DNA of 64,000 nucleotides from Acidimicrobiia bacterium (lineage in GTDB: Bacteria > Actinomycetota > Acidimicrobiia > Spongiisociales > Spongiisociaceae). The notes under the pieces were generated by a model. That model did no database searches and had not been told where the DNA came from. It saw only the letters and a list, made by a program, of their open reading frames with translations. The position numbers and the translations under genes were made by a program. The stretch lies in contig VXMP01000022.1 of assembly GCA_009841075.1 (NCBI GenBank), positions 10,782-74,781 on the forward strand. Direction: 5' to 3'. The first letter of the stretch is position 1, and every line of letters starts with the position of its first letter. Shown piece after piece: positions 47,829 through 57,204 of this stretch.

Positions 47829-50108
47829 TTAGGGTCGTGGAAGTGAGCGGGCGATCCGGCGTACCCGCTCGGGAGAAAGCGGTAGGCAGCTCACCTCTTC
47901 CGAGCCTCCCAGGGCGTCGGCTACCGCATTGGCTATGGCCGCTCCGGCCGCGGTGATACCGCCCTCCCCGGCCCCCTTCACCCCTAACGGGTTGAGCGGG
48001 CTGGGGGCATCCTCACATAACAGCACCTCCACCTCAGGAACCTCCACCACCGTGGGCATCAGATAATCCATAAAACTAGAAGTCAAGGGCTGACCCGACT
48101 CGTCATAGGCGAAGTCCTCGAGCAGGGCACCTCCGATCCCCTGCGCCGCTCCCCCGGCGATTTGGCCCTCCACCAGCTTCGGGTTCACCGCCCGCCCGAT
48201 CTCGTAGGCAACCACGAACCTTTCCACCGTCACCTCACCCGATTCGGGATCAACCCGAACTACTGCGCAGTGGATACCGTATGGATAGGTCATATGGTCG
48301 ACCTCGAACCAGCCCTCGGCCGTCAAGCCGGGTGTTCCCTCGGCCTGGCCGGGCCGGAGCCGGGCGGCCACCTCACCCAGCATCACCGAAGGACCGTCCG
48401 GCGAACCCTGGACGAAAACCCTACCCCGGTCGATAGTCAGATCCTGAGGAGCGGCTTCCAACATGCCGGAGGCGGTCTCCAATGCCCGTTCCCGCACCTG
48501 GCCGGCGGCCAGCAGGGTGGCTGACCCCGACATAACCGTTACCCGGCTGGCGAACGCCCCCATCCCGTAGGCGATTTCGTCGGTTTGTCCGTGGCGTACC
48601 CGAACCGATTCCGCCTCCACGCCCAGGGTGTCGGCACAAACCTGGGCTAAAACGGTTTCTACCCCTTGGCCGACCGAAGCCACACCGGTAGTCACCACCA
48701 CCTCGCCTGCCTCGTCGACAGTAACCCTCACCCCGTCAAACGGGCCCAGCCCGCTTTTTTCCACGAAGAAGCCCATCCCCAGGCCGACCACTTCGCCCTC
48801 AGACCGGCGGCGGGCCAGCGCAGCGGTTAGGTCTTCGTAGTCCAAAAACTCGAGGGTACGGTCCAGCAGCAGGTGATAGTCGCCGGAGTCATAGGTCACC
48901 TCGGTTCCGAGGGCTTCTATTTCCCGGTGGAAGGGCATCTGGTCGGCCGGAATCAGGTTGCGCCTCCGTACCCCTACCGAATCCATCTCCAGCCGATCGG
49001 AGATCAGGTCGATCAGCCGCTCTCTGACGAAGGTGGTCTCGAAGCGGCCGGGTGCCCGGTAGGTACCGCAGGGGGTCTTGTTGCTGAGCATCACATGAGC
49101 CCGAGACCGATAAGCAGGCCAAACATAGGGGCCGGGCAAAAGGGAGGTGGTCAGCTCGGTCACGGTTACCTGATGGGTTCGCAGGTAGGCCCCCTGATCG
49201 ACCCAGCACTCGTCGTCGACACCGCGGATCCACCCATCTCGGTCGACCGCAGCCCGAATCCGATGGACCTGATCTCGGGAGTGATTGGCGGCCAGCAAAT
49301 GTTCTTTACGATCCTCTATCCAGCGGATCGGGCGTCCCAACCTTAGGGCCGCCAGACATACCAGTACGTCCTCGGGATACAGCTCACCCCGAATACCGAA
49401 ACCTCCGCCCACATGGCCTTCACGAAGGAGAACCGAACCCAGCGGGAGGCCCAGCATGGACGCTATCGCCGCCCGGTTATGGTGGGGCACCTTGGCGGCC
49501 CCAAACATCTCTACCACCGAACGGAGCGGGTCGTACCAGGCCTGAGCGCCTCGGGTCTCCATCGGCACTCCCGTATGCCGGCCCACCCTTAACTCCATTT
49601 CTACGATCTCGGCCGCCCCTTCGAAAGCCTCCTCCAGGTCGCCGTAACCCTTCTCTACCAAAGTCGTCTCCACGGCTTCCCCGGGCTCGGGTTGATAGGG
49701 ATCGACCACCGGTTGCAGATCTTCGTATTCGACATAAACCAGCTCGGCCGCATCCTCGGCCAGATAGGGGTCTTCCGCCAGCACCACCGCCAAAGGTTCG
49801 CCTACATAGCGGGTTATCCCGGCGGCCAGGATGGGCTGACGGAAGGGCTCTAATCCATCCACCCAGGCCATCCGAAAATCGATCGGAGGAATATCCTGAA
49901 CGTCTTGATGCGTCCAGACCGCCTCCACACCGTCTAAGGCGAGCGCATCTGAGGTGTCGATCTCGACCAGGCGACCATGGGCGACCGAAGACCGAACCAC
50001 CCGCATTTGCAGCTGGTCGGGAAGCGAGAGATCGGCTGCGAATCGGCCTTCACCTGTTAAAAGTGGCCGGTCCTCGATCCGGAGGACCGAGCTACCGATA
50101 TAGTTCAT
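47829..50108 (-). CDS. molybdopterin-binding large subunit, xanthine dehydrogenase/CoxL family (L1)
   Basis: RIEDRPLLTGEGRF, GGGFG, GTYRAPGRFE and C-terminal GAGEGG motifs. Confidence 0.9.
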   Translation of the reverse strand: MNYIGSSVLRIEDRPLLTGEGRFAADLSLPDQLQMRVVRSSVAHGRLVEIDTSDALALDGVEAVWTHQDVQDIPPIDFRMAWVDGLEPFRQPILAAGITRYVGEPLAVVLAEDPYLAEDAAELVYVEYEDLQPVVDPYQPEPGEAVETTLVEKGYGDLEEAFEGAAEIVEMELRVGRHTGVPMETRGAQAWYDPLRSVVEMFGAAKVPHHNRAAIASMLGLPLGSVLLREGHVGGGFGIRGELYPEDVLVCLAALRLGRPIRWIEDRKEHLLAANHSRDQVHRIRAAVDRDGWIRGVDDECWVDQGAYLRTHQVTVTELTTSLLPGPYVWPAYRSRAHVMLSNKTPCGTYRAPGRFETTFVRERLIDLISDRLEMDSVGVRRRNLIPADQMPFHREIEALGTEVTYDSGDYHLLLDRTLEFLDYEDLTAALARRRSEGEVVGLGMGFFVEKSGLGPFDGVRVTVDEAGEVVVTTGVASVGQGVETVLAQVCADTLGVEAESVRVRHGQTDEIAYGMGAFASRVTVMSGSATLLAAGQVRERALETASGMLEAAPQDLTIDRGRVFVQGSPDGPSVMLGEVAARLRPGQAEGTPGLTAEGWFEVDHMTYPYGIHCAVVRVDPESGEVTVERFVVAYEIGRAVNPKLVEGQIAGGAAQGIGGALLEDFAYDESGQPLTSSFMDYLMPTVVEVPEVEVLLCEDAPSPLNPLGVKGAGEGGITAAGAAIANAVADALGGSEEVSCLPLSPERVRRIARSLPRP

Positions 50109-50587
50109 CCCCGCATTTCCGCAGCGGCCTGTTTAACCGCTTTCAAGATATTCTGGTATCCGGTGCACCGGCAGAGGTTGGAGGAGAGCATCTCTTTCAG
50201 CTCCTCCTCGTCTGGTTCCGGACGTTGCTCCAGGTATCCGGTCGCCAGCATCAGAAAACCGGGCGTGCAGAAGCCGCATTGCAGGCCGTGGTTCTCCCAG
50301 AAGGCCTGCTGGAGGGGATGAAGCCGGTCGCCGTCGGCCAAGCCTTCCACAGTTCGAAGCTCCATACCCTCACATTGCACGGCAAACATCAGGCAGGCTC
50401 GTACCGGCTCACCGTCGGCCAGGATGGTGCAGGCCCCGCACACCCCGTGCTCACAACCCAGGTGGGTTCCGGTCAGGCCGCAGTTGTCGCGCAGGGTATC
50501 GGCCAAGGTACGGCGCGGCTCCACCCGGACCCGATAGTCCCGCCCGTTCACGTTGAGCCGGACTTCGACCTCGGTTCGATTGCTCAT
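50105..50587 (-). CDS. (2Fe-2S)-binding small subunit (CoxS-like)
   Basis: GCEHGVCGACT and CGFCTPG/CRCTGY cluster motifs. Confidence 0.92.
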   Translation of the reverse strand: MSNRTEVEVRLNVNGRDYRVRVEPRRTLADTLRDNCGLTGTHLGCEHGVCGACTILADGEPVRACLMFAVQCEGMELRTVEGLADGDRLHPLQQAFWENHGLQCGFCTPGFLMLATGYLEQRPEPDEEELKEMLSSNLCRCTGYQNILKAVKQAAAEMRG

Positions 50588-52908
50588 CCGATCACCTTAC
50601 CGCCCTCGACGCTTTTCAGAAGCCTACGCAACCGGGCCGGAGTTATCGGCAGCTCGTCGATTTCGACTTCTAGCGGCCGGAGTGCGTCAGCCACGGCATT
50701 GGCGATTGCCGCCGGTGCGCCGATCGTGCCGCCTTCGCCCAAACCCTTGGCACCGGTGATGGTCGCATCGGAAATAGTCTCCAGATGGTGGATTTCTATG
50801 TTCGGTATCTCCGCCATGGTGGGAGGTAGGAAGTCCATTAGGGAGGTGGTGAGAATGTTGCCCTCCTCGTCGTAGCGAATCTCCTCATACAAGGCCCCGG
50901 CGATGCCTTGGGTTATCCCGCCGTGCAGCTGCCCATCCACGATCATGGGGTTGATAAGCCGACCGGCGTCCTCTACCACCACAAACCGTTCTACTCGGAC
51001 GGCCCCGGTTTCCTCGTCAACCTCGACGATGGCGGCGTGACAGGCGTTGGAGAAGGTTCCGGCCGGATTGTAGGTGGCGGTGGAAGTGAGCCCGGGATCC
51101 ATTCCGGCGGAAAGGCGATGGCTGGAGTGATAGGACAGGCGGGCTATTTCGGCCACCTCCAGTCCGGTGTCGGTGCCCACCACGGTGGCCCTACCGTCTC
51201 GGACGACGATGTCTTCGGGAGCGGCCTCCAACTCGGCGGCGGCGATGGCAACCAGCTTGTCCCTGAGGAAGTCGGAGGCTAAACGGGCGGCACCGCCGGC
51301 GATCACCAGGGACCGGCTGGCGAAGGTGCCCCATCCGTAGGGGGTGCGGTCGGTGTCGCTGTGGACAATCCTTACCCGGCTCGGGTCCACACCGAGGCGG
51401 TCGCCGATCAGCTGGGCGAGCGTAGTTTCCAAACCCTGACCGTGCGGAGAAGCCCCCAGTCGGGCTTCCACGTTTCCGGACGGATCCATGGTCATGTCAA
51501 CCGTCTCGAAACCGGGGGTGACGTCCATGCTCCGGGCGGCAAACGCCGAGGTTCCGTATCCGGTTCGTTCGGAGAAAACCGAAAAACCCACCCCCAACCG
51601 GCGGCCTTGGTCTAAAGCGGCCTGCTGTCGCCGCCGAAAGTCGTCCAGATCGATCTTTTCTGCGGCCAGGTTTACCGATTCAAGGTAGGAACCCTCGTCG
51701 TAGACCAGGCCGGTAACGGATGTGTAGGGGAAATCGGCGATCAGGTTGCGGCGTCTGATCTCGACCGACTCCATCCCGAACCGAGCGGCGGCCTTGTCCA
51801 TCAGACGCTCCATGGCCAGAGTTATCACCGGACGGGAAACTCCTCTATAAGGTGCCATCGGACAGGTGTTGGTGGTGACCCCCCGGGAGCGGACCCGATA
51901 GGTTCGGAAATCGTAGGGTCCGGGGAACTCGGCCAGGGCCATCAGCGGCTCCACCCCGCAGGTAACCGGATAGCAGGAGTAGGCACCGATGTTGCAGACC
52001 AGATCGGCGTCCACCGCCAGTAGCCGGGCCTCCGAGCTGAACGCCCCCCGAATCCGATAATGATGGTCGCGACTATGGAAGGATGACATCAGGTTTTCCC
52101 GGCGATCCTCGATCCACGACACGGTGGCACGCAACCGACCGGCCACCCAGGTCGCCACCACGTCCTCGGGTGCCAGACAGAACTTCTGTCCGAAGGCACC
52201 ACCCACGTCCGGCACCACCACCCGAAGGTCCGATTCGGGCAGATCCAGCAGGTCCGCCAGGATGGTGCGAACCACGTGCGGGGATTGAACCGAGGCAATC
52301 AGGGTTATCCGTCCGGTGCGTCGGTCGTAGGAGGCGATCGAACCCCGGGCCTCCAAAGGCAGGGCATTTTGGCGCTGGGAGCGCAGATCGAACTGCACTA
52401 TTTCATCTGCCGAAGAGAACACCTCTGCAACCTGGCCGGTTTCGAAACAGGCGTCGACCACCACGTTGTGGCCTACCAGGTCATGAACCACCGGTGCGTT
52501 CGTTTCCAGGGCGGACAGGGCGTTCACCACCGGCCGGTCCGGTTGGATATCTACGTAGACCTGCTCGGCGGCGTCCTCGGCTGCTTCGGGGCTGTCGGCC
52601 ACCACCACCGCCACCGGTTCACCTACATAACGGACCTTTTGAGAGGCCAGCACCGGCTGTTCGATCGGGAGATAGTCCTCTCGATGGAGCAGGGGACGGA
52701 TGGGGGAGACCTCATGGAGGTCTTCGGCGGTGAAAGCGGTGAGATGATCGGGTATCTCGACGGAGCGGATCCGACCGTGGGCGATGGGGCTGCGCACGAA
52801 CCTGAGGAAGCGGGCCCCCTGGTTGAGGTCGGCTACAAACCTCCCGTCACCGGTCAGTAGGGGCGGGTCTTCAAAACGGGCTAGCGATCGGCCCACCCAC
52901 CGGCTCAC
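50584..52908 (-). CDS. molybdopterin-binding large subunit, CoxL-like clade (L2)
   Basis: RFEDPPLLTGDGRF, GGAFG, APYRGVSRP loop, GLGEGG. Confidence 0.9.
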   Translation of the reverse strand: MSRWVGRSLARFEDPPLLTGDGRFVADLNQGARFLRFVRSPIAHGRIRSVEIPDHLTAFTAEDLHEVSPIRPLLHREDYLPIEQPVLASQKVRYVGEPVAVVVADSPEAAEDAAEQVYVDIQPDRPVVNALSALETNAPVVHDLVGHNVVVDACFETGQVAEVFSSADEIVQFDLRSQRQNALPLEARGSIASYDRRTGRITLIASVQSPHVVRTILADLLDLPESDLRVVVPDVGGAFGQKFCLAPEDVVATWVAGRLRATVSWIEDRRENLMSSFHSRDHHYRIRGAFSSEARLLAVDADLVCNIGAYSCYPVTCGVEPLMALAEFPGPYDFRTYRVRSRGVTTNTCPMAPYRGVSRPVITLAMERLMDKAAARFGMESVEIRRRNLIADFPYTSVTGLVYDEGSYLESVNLAAEKIDLDDFRRRQQAALDQGRRLGVGFSVFSERTGYGTSAFAARSMDVTPGFETVDMTMDPSGNVEARLGASPHGQGLETTLAQLIGDRLGVDPSRVRIVHSDTDRTPYGWGTFASRSLVIAGGAARLASDFLRDKLVAIAAAELEAAPEDIVVRDGRATVVGTDTGLEVAEIARLSYHSSHRLSAGMDPGLTSTATYNPAGTFSNACHAAIVEVDEETGAVRVERFVVVEDAGRLINPMIVDGQLHGGITQGIAGALYEEIRYDEEGNILTTSLMDFLPPTMAEIPNIEIHHLETISDATITGAKGLGEGGTIGAPAAIANAVADALRPLEVEIDELPITPARLRRLLKSVEGGKVIG

Positions 52909-53765
52909 GATATGGTGATCGCCTGCTCGAAGGCTCGTCGGGTTAGGGCTCGCACCAGGTCCCGCCGGTAGGAGGCGGAGCCGTGGATATCTCCGATGGC
53001 TTCGATCTCTCGGGCGGCGGTTTCGGCGGCGGCGCGGAAGGAGGGATCGCCGGGGTCGGCACCTTCGATCATCTGCTCGGCCTCGGGTGCTCGCAACGGA
53101 CGATCGCTGACCCCTCCCAAGGCGATCCGAGGGTTCATGACCTTTCCTTCCTCGATTTGAAAGGCCACCGCCACCATGGCCAGGGCAAAATCTCCGGCCC
53201 GGCGGCTGAACTGCTGAAACCCTACCTTGGTGTCGGAAGATAACAGCGGAAGCCGAGCCTCCAACAGGAGTTCATCCGGCTCCAGGGCGGTGGTGAACAC
53301 GGTTTGGAAGAACATTTCGGCCGGTATGTGACGTCCGCCGGATGAGCTGCGGGTGACCAGATCCGCATCCAGCAACCGGGCAATCACGCACCATTCGGCA
53401 GCCGGGTCGGCATGGGCCAGACTCCCGCCGAAGGTCCCTCTTACCCGGATCGGCCAATGACCGACATGTCGGGCTGCCATCGCCAGCAAACGTCCGGTGG
53501 GACCCTGACAAACCGGTTTCTCGAAGGTGGAGTGGCGCACCAACGTCCCGATCCGGAGTCGGTGATCCGTTTCCTCCAGGTAGTCGAGCTCGCTTAAGGG
53601 GTTTATGTCGACGAGAACCGCCGGACGGGCCAAGCGGAAGTTCATCGCCGGAACCAGGCTCTGACCACCGGCCAGCACTTTGGCCTCATAACCGTGTTCT
53701 GCCAGATAGTCCAGGGCTTCCTCTAGAGAACGGGGAGCGAGATAGTCGAAGGAAGCGGGCTTCAT
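52905..53765 (-). CDS. FAD-binding medium subunit (CoxM-like)
   Basis: MKPASFDYLAP... is the usual CoxM N-terminus, so the start is taken at the internal ATG. LAGGQSL motif. Confidence 0.88.
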   Translation of the reverse strand: MKPASFDYLAPRSLEEALDYLAEHGYEAKVLAGGQSLVPAMNFRLARPAVLVDINPLSELDYLEETDHRLRIGTLVRHSTFEKPVCQGPTGRLLAMAARHVGHWPIRVRGTFGGSLAHADPAAEWCVIARLLDADLVTRSSSGGRHIPAEMFFQTVFTTALEPDELLLEARLPLLSSDTKVGFQQFSRRAGDFALAMVAVAFQIEEGKVMNPRIALGGVSDRPLRAPEAEQMIEGADPGDPSFRAAAETAAREIEAIGDIHGSASYRRDLVRALTRRAFEQAITIS

Positions 53766-53774
53766 GCAGGCCGG

Positions 53775-53784
53775 ATTGTAGTAT
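53775..53784. promoter_or_regulatory. overlapping back-to-back -10-like hexamers in a 28-bp divergent gap
   Basis: TACAAT (minus strand) and TAGTAT (plus strand) each lie 9 nt before their respective ATG. Neither side has an SD. Confidence 0.3.
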
Positions 53785-53793
53785 TGAACACCC

Positions 53794-56121
53794 ATGATTT
53801 CATATCATCAGCCCAACCCCTCCGGTGGGATAGGAGCCTCTGTGTTGCGCCATGAGGACCCTCCCCTTCTTACCGGACAAGCCCGCTATGTAGGTGATGT
53901 CCGGCTCGGCGACCAACTGAACATGGTGATAGTCCGGTCGCCGATCTCCCACGGAATCCTCTCCGGGGTGGACACCTCCGAAGCGGGCCGGATGCCGGGG
54001 GTGGAAGCGGTTTTCACCGGTAAGGACCTCCTCTATTCACTGGGCGAAATCCCCAAGATTCCTCCCCGGGTTTCGTTCGACGAAACGGTTCTCCCCTACC
54101 TTCAGCCGGTGATTTCCTCCGACCGGGTTCGGTATGTCGGGGAACCGATCGCAGTGGTCATCGCCGCCGACCGTTATCTGGCCGAAGACGCCGCCGAGCT
54201 GGTAATGGCCGACATCGAAACCCTTCCGGCGGTGACCGATGATGCCTCGGCCGAGAACCGCCTCAGACCAAACCTGTTCGAGTCGGGAAACCTGATCACC
54301 ACCTTGGAGGCCGATTTCGGTGACCTAAACCGGGAGATCGAGCGGGCCGAAGTAGTGATCGAAACTGATTTCTCTATCGGCAGACATAGCGGCGTGCCCA
54401 TGGAGACCAGGGGAATGGCGGTCGAGTTCGACCCGGCTGCGGAGAGGTTCATAATCCACGGTGCTACCAAGGTGCCGCATTGGAATCTGTCCACCACCGC
54501 CGAGTTGTTGGGGATCCCTCCCAGCCGGATTCGAATGAGGGAAACGGCGGTGGGGGGAGGTTTCGGAGTGCGGGGGGAGCTGTATCCGGAGGATATATTG
54601 GCGGTTTGGGCGGCCCGTAGTCTCCGCCGATCCATAACCTGGATAGAGGATCGCCGAGAGCATCTGCAGGCTGCCAACCATGCCCGCCGTCAACATCATA
54701 GGGCGCTGATCTGCGGTTATCGGGATGGCCGGATTTCCGCCATCTCCTCCGACTTCGTTATGGACATGGGGGCCTACGCCCGAACCCACAGCATACGAGT
54801 GGCGGACCTTACCCTTTCGATGATCCCTGGCCCCTATGATCTGGCTGCCTATCGCGGAACCGCCCGTTGTGTGGTTTCCAACACCACCCCGACCGGCACC
54901 TATCGGGCACCCGGTCGGTTCGAATCCAGTTTCGTTCGGGAACGCCTGGTTGACCTGTTCGCCGCCGAGATCGGGCGGGACCCGGTTGAGGTGCGCCGGC
55001 GTAACCTGATCAAACCGGACCAGATTCCCTATTCAAGACCGCTGTCCTCGACCGGTGAGCCCATGCTGCTCGGCGATGGCGACTTCCCCAGGGTGCTGGA
55101 CCGGCTGGTCGGCAACTTCGACCGGAAAGCCCTTGAAAATCGACGGGATCGGGGCGAGAAGGTAGGGGTGGGGGTAGCCATGTTCCTGGAAAAGTCCGGC
55201 TTGGGGCCCTGGGAGTCCGGGTCGGTGGAGGTCGATCCGGACGGCCTGGTAAGGGTACGGTCCGGATGTTCATCCGTAGGCCAGGGAATCCGAACCGTCC
55301 TGGCCCAGATCGTGGCGGATCGGCTGGGACTTGACCATGACCGGGTTCGGGTGGAGCTGCTTGACACCGACCTTACCCCCTACGGGATCGGAAGTTACGC
55401 CAGCCGATCAACTGTCACCGCCGGCAGCGCCCTGGTCCAGGCCGCGGACGAGGTGATCCGGATCGTCAAACAGGTTGCTTCCGTGGATTTTGAAGTCGAC
55501 ACCGAAGACCTGGAGTATCGCAACGGCCGGGTGTTCGTAGCGGGTTCTCCTCAGTTCAGCCTGTCGATCTTCGAGGCGGCCGCCCGACTTCATCCGGTTA
55601 CCGCCCGCCGATACGGACGATCCGAACCCGGGCTGACCGCCGATTCGATTTTTGAGGTGGGACGGGTGGTGTATCCCTGCGGGGCCAATTTGGCAGTGGT
55701 GCGGGTGGACAAGGAAACCGGTCAAGTGCTGGTTGAACAGCTGATCCTCTACTACGACATCGGTCAGGCCATCAACCCGATGCTGGTGGCCGGGCAGATG
55801 GAGGGGGGTGCCCTGCAGGCGGTGGGGGGTGCTTTATACGAAGAGTTCCGCTACGACGAGACCGGCAACCCGCTTTGCCTGTCCTTCATGGATTATCTGC
55901 TGCCCACTATCGCCGAGGCACCGGCTATAAACGCCATTGTCGGCCTACTTGACCCCACCACCACCAACCCGTTGGGCATTAAAGGAGCGGGCGAGGGGGG
56001 AGTCCCGGGGGTGGCGGCCGCTATAGCCTCCGCCGTGGAGCACGCTCTCGGGCGACCAGGCCTGATAAGCCGGCTTCCCATCCTCCCCGAACGAGTTCAA
56101 CTCGCCAATAAGGGTGGTTAA
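53794..56121 (+). CDS. molybdopterin-binding large subunit, paralog of L1 (L3)
   Basis: RHEDPPLLTGQARY, GGGFG, GTYRAPGRFE, GAGEGG. Confidence 0.9.
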   Translation: MISYHQPNPSGGIGASVLRHEDPPLLTGQARYVGDVRLGDQLNMVIVRSPISHGILSGVDTSEAGRMPGVEAVFTGKDLLYSLGEIPKIPPRVSFDETVLPYLQPVISSDRVRYVGEPIAVVIAADRYLAEDAAELVMADIETLPAVTDDASAENRLRPNLFESGNLITTLEADFGDLNREIERAEVVIETDFSIGRHSGVPMETRGMAVEFDPAAERFIIHGATKVPHWNLSTTAELLGIPPSRIRMRETAVGGGFGVRGELYPEDILAVWAARSLRRSITWIEDRREHLQAANHARRQHHRALICGYRDGRISAISSDFVMDMGAYARTHSIRVADLTLSMIPGPYDLAAYRGTARCVVSNTTPTGTYRAPGRFESSFVRERLVDLFAAEIGRDPVEVRRRNLIKPDQIPYSRPLSSTGEPMLLGDGDFPRVLDRLVGNFDRKALENRRDRGEKVGVGVAMFLEKSGLGPWESGSVEVDPDGLVRVRSGCSSVGQGIRTVLAQIVADRLGLDHDRVRVELLDTDLTPYGIGSYASRSTVTAGSALVQAADEVIRIVKQVASVDFEVDTEDLEYRNGRVFVAGSPQFSLSIFEAAARLHPVTARRYGRSEPGLTADSIFEVGRVVYPCGANLAVVRVDKETGQVLVEQLILYYDIGQAINPMLVAGQMEGGALQAVGGALYEEFRYDETGNPLCLSFMDYLLPTIAEAPAINAIVGLLDPTTTNPLGIKGAGEGGVPGVAAAIASAVEHALGRPGLISRLPILPERVQLANKGG

Positions 56122-56223
56122 TCCCTACCCCTCCAGGAGGGTGCTGAAAAAGGTACGGTTGGCCCGCTAGCAAGAAACTAAACCTCGGTTAGACGAAAAT
56201 GCGGCCCAGCATCCCTATCTTTT

Positions 56224-57204
56224 TCAGCACCCTCCCAGACTCTCTGCCGTTCCTTGGAACACCTTGTCCAGGAGGTGGTCGTCTTCCCCTTCGCCTGACC
56301 CGACCGCCTGCTTGATGTGGGCGATGGGGTCGTCGAGGCTCATCGGAAAGGGATAGTCGGTCCCGGCCGCCACCCGGTCGGCACCCACGGTGGCAATCAG
56401 ATGCCCCAGCGCCCGGGGATCATGCAGCAAGGTGTCGTAGTAGAAGGCACCCAAAATGGCATCCGGATGCTCTACCACCCGATCGAAACCGGGTGCGTTC
56501 TTGGAGGCATGTACCGCTCGCCCGGCTAAATAAGGCAGAGCACCTCCACCGTGGGCCAAGAGGATTTTGAGTCGGGGCCATCGGGCAAATATGCCGCCGA
56601 AGTAGAGCCGTAGCGCGGCCAGGGTGGTCTCGAACGGATTACCGCACACGTTGCCCAGAAAATGGGACTGCATCCGGTCGGCCCCCATAACCCGAAACGG
56701 ATGGATAAACAAGATCGCCCCCAGCGACTCCGCCGTCTCCCAGAGAGGGTCCAACCCGGCCTTATCCAGGTCGGTCCCGTTGATCTGGGTGGGAAGAGCC
56801 CCTCCCTTAAAGCCCTTCTCTGTCACGCATCGACGCAGCTCTTGGCCCGCCCTCCGTCCGTCTACCACCGGTAGGGCGGCCAACGCCAGAAAGCTCTCGT
56901 CGTCTCCTATGTCGGCGGCGGTTCCGTCGTTTAGCGCCCGACACCATTGCTCGGCTTCCCTGCCGGGAAGGTCATCGCCGGTAATGTCCATCCAGGGAGA
57001 GAGCATCTGGCGGCGGATTTCACGGTCCTTCATCCAGCGCCGTCGATCCGCCAGATCGATAAGCGCCGCCGGAACCGGGCGAGAAGAACCGGACGGAAAG
57101 CCCAGCCGCCGAGAGGTTAGGTCGTAGCGCACCGGAAGATCACCCGCTGCCGCCCGGGCCGGCACGCTGGGTGACAGGTAATGGGCGTGGAGATCGAAGA
57201 TCAA
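56224..57204 (-). CDS. amidohydrolase_2 family protein (ACMSD-like hydrolase/decarboxylase)
   Basis: The N-terminus IFDLHAHY (HxH) appears only from TTG 57204, which overlaps the upstream TGA as TTGA. The longer ORF to 57390 overlaps the upstream gene. Confidence 0.75.
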   Translation of the reverse strand: MIFDLHAHYLSPSVPARAAAGDLPVRYDLTSRRLGFPSGSSRPVPAALIDLADRRRWMKDREIRRQMLSPWMDITGDDLPGREAEQWCRALNDGTAADIGDDESFLALAALPVVDGRRAGQELRRCVTEKGFKGGALPTQINGTDLDKAGLDPLWETAESLGAILFIHPFRVMGADRMQSHFLGNVCGNPFETTLAALRLYFGGIFARWPRLKILLAHGGGALPYLAGRAVHASKNAPGFDRVVEHPDAILGAFYYDTLLHDPRALGHLIATVGADRVAAGTDYPFPMSLDDPIAHIKQAVGSGEGEDDHLLDKVFQGTAESLGGC

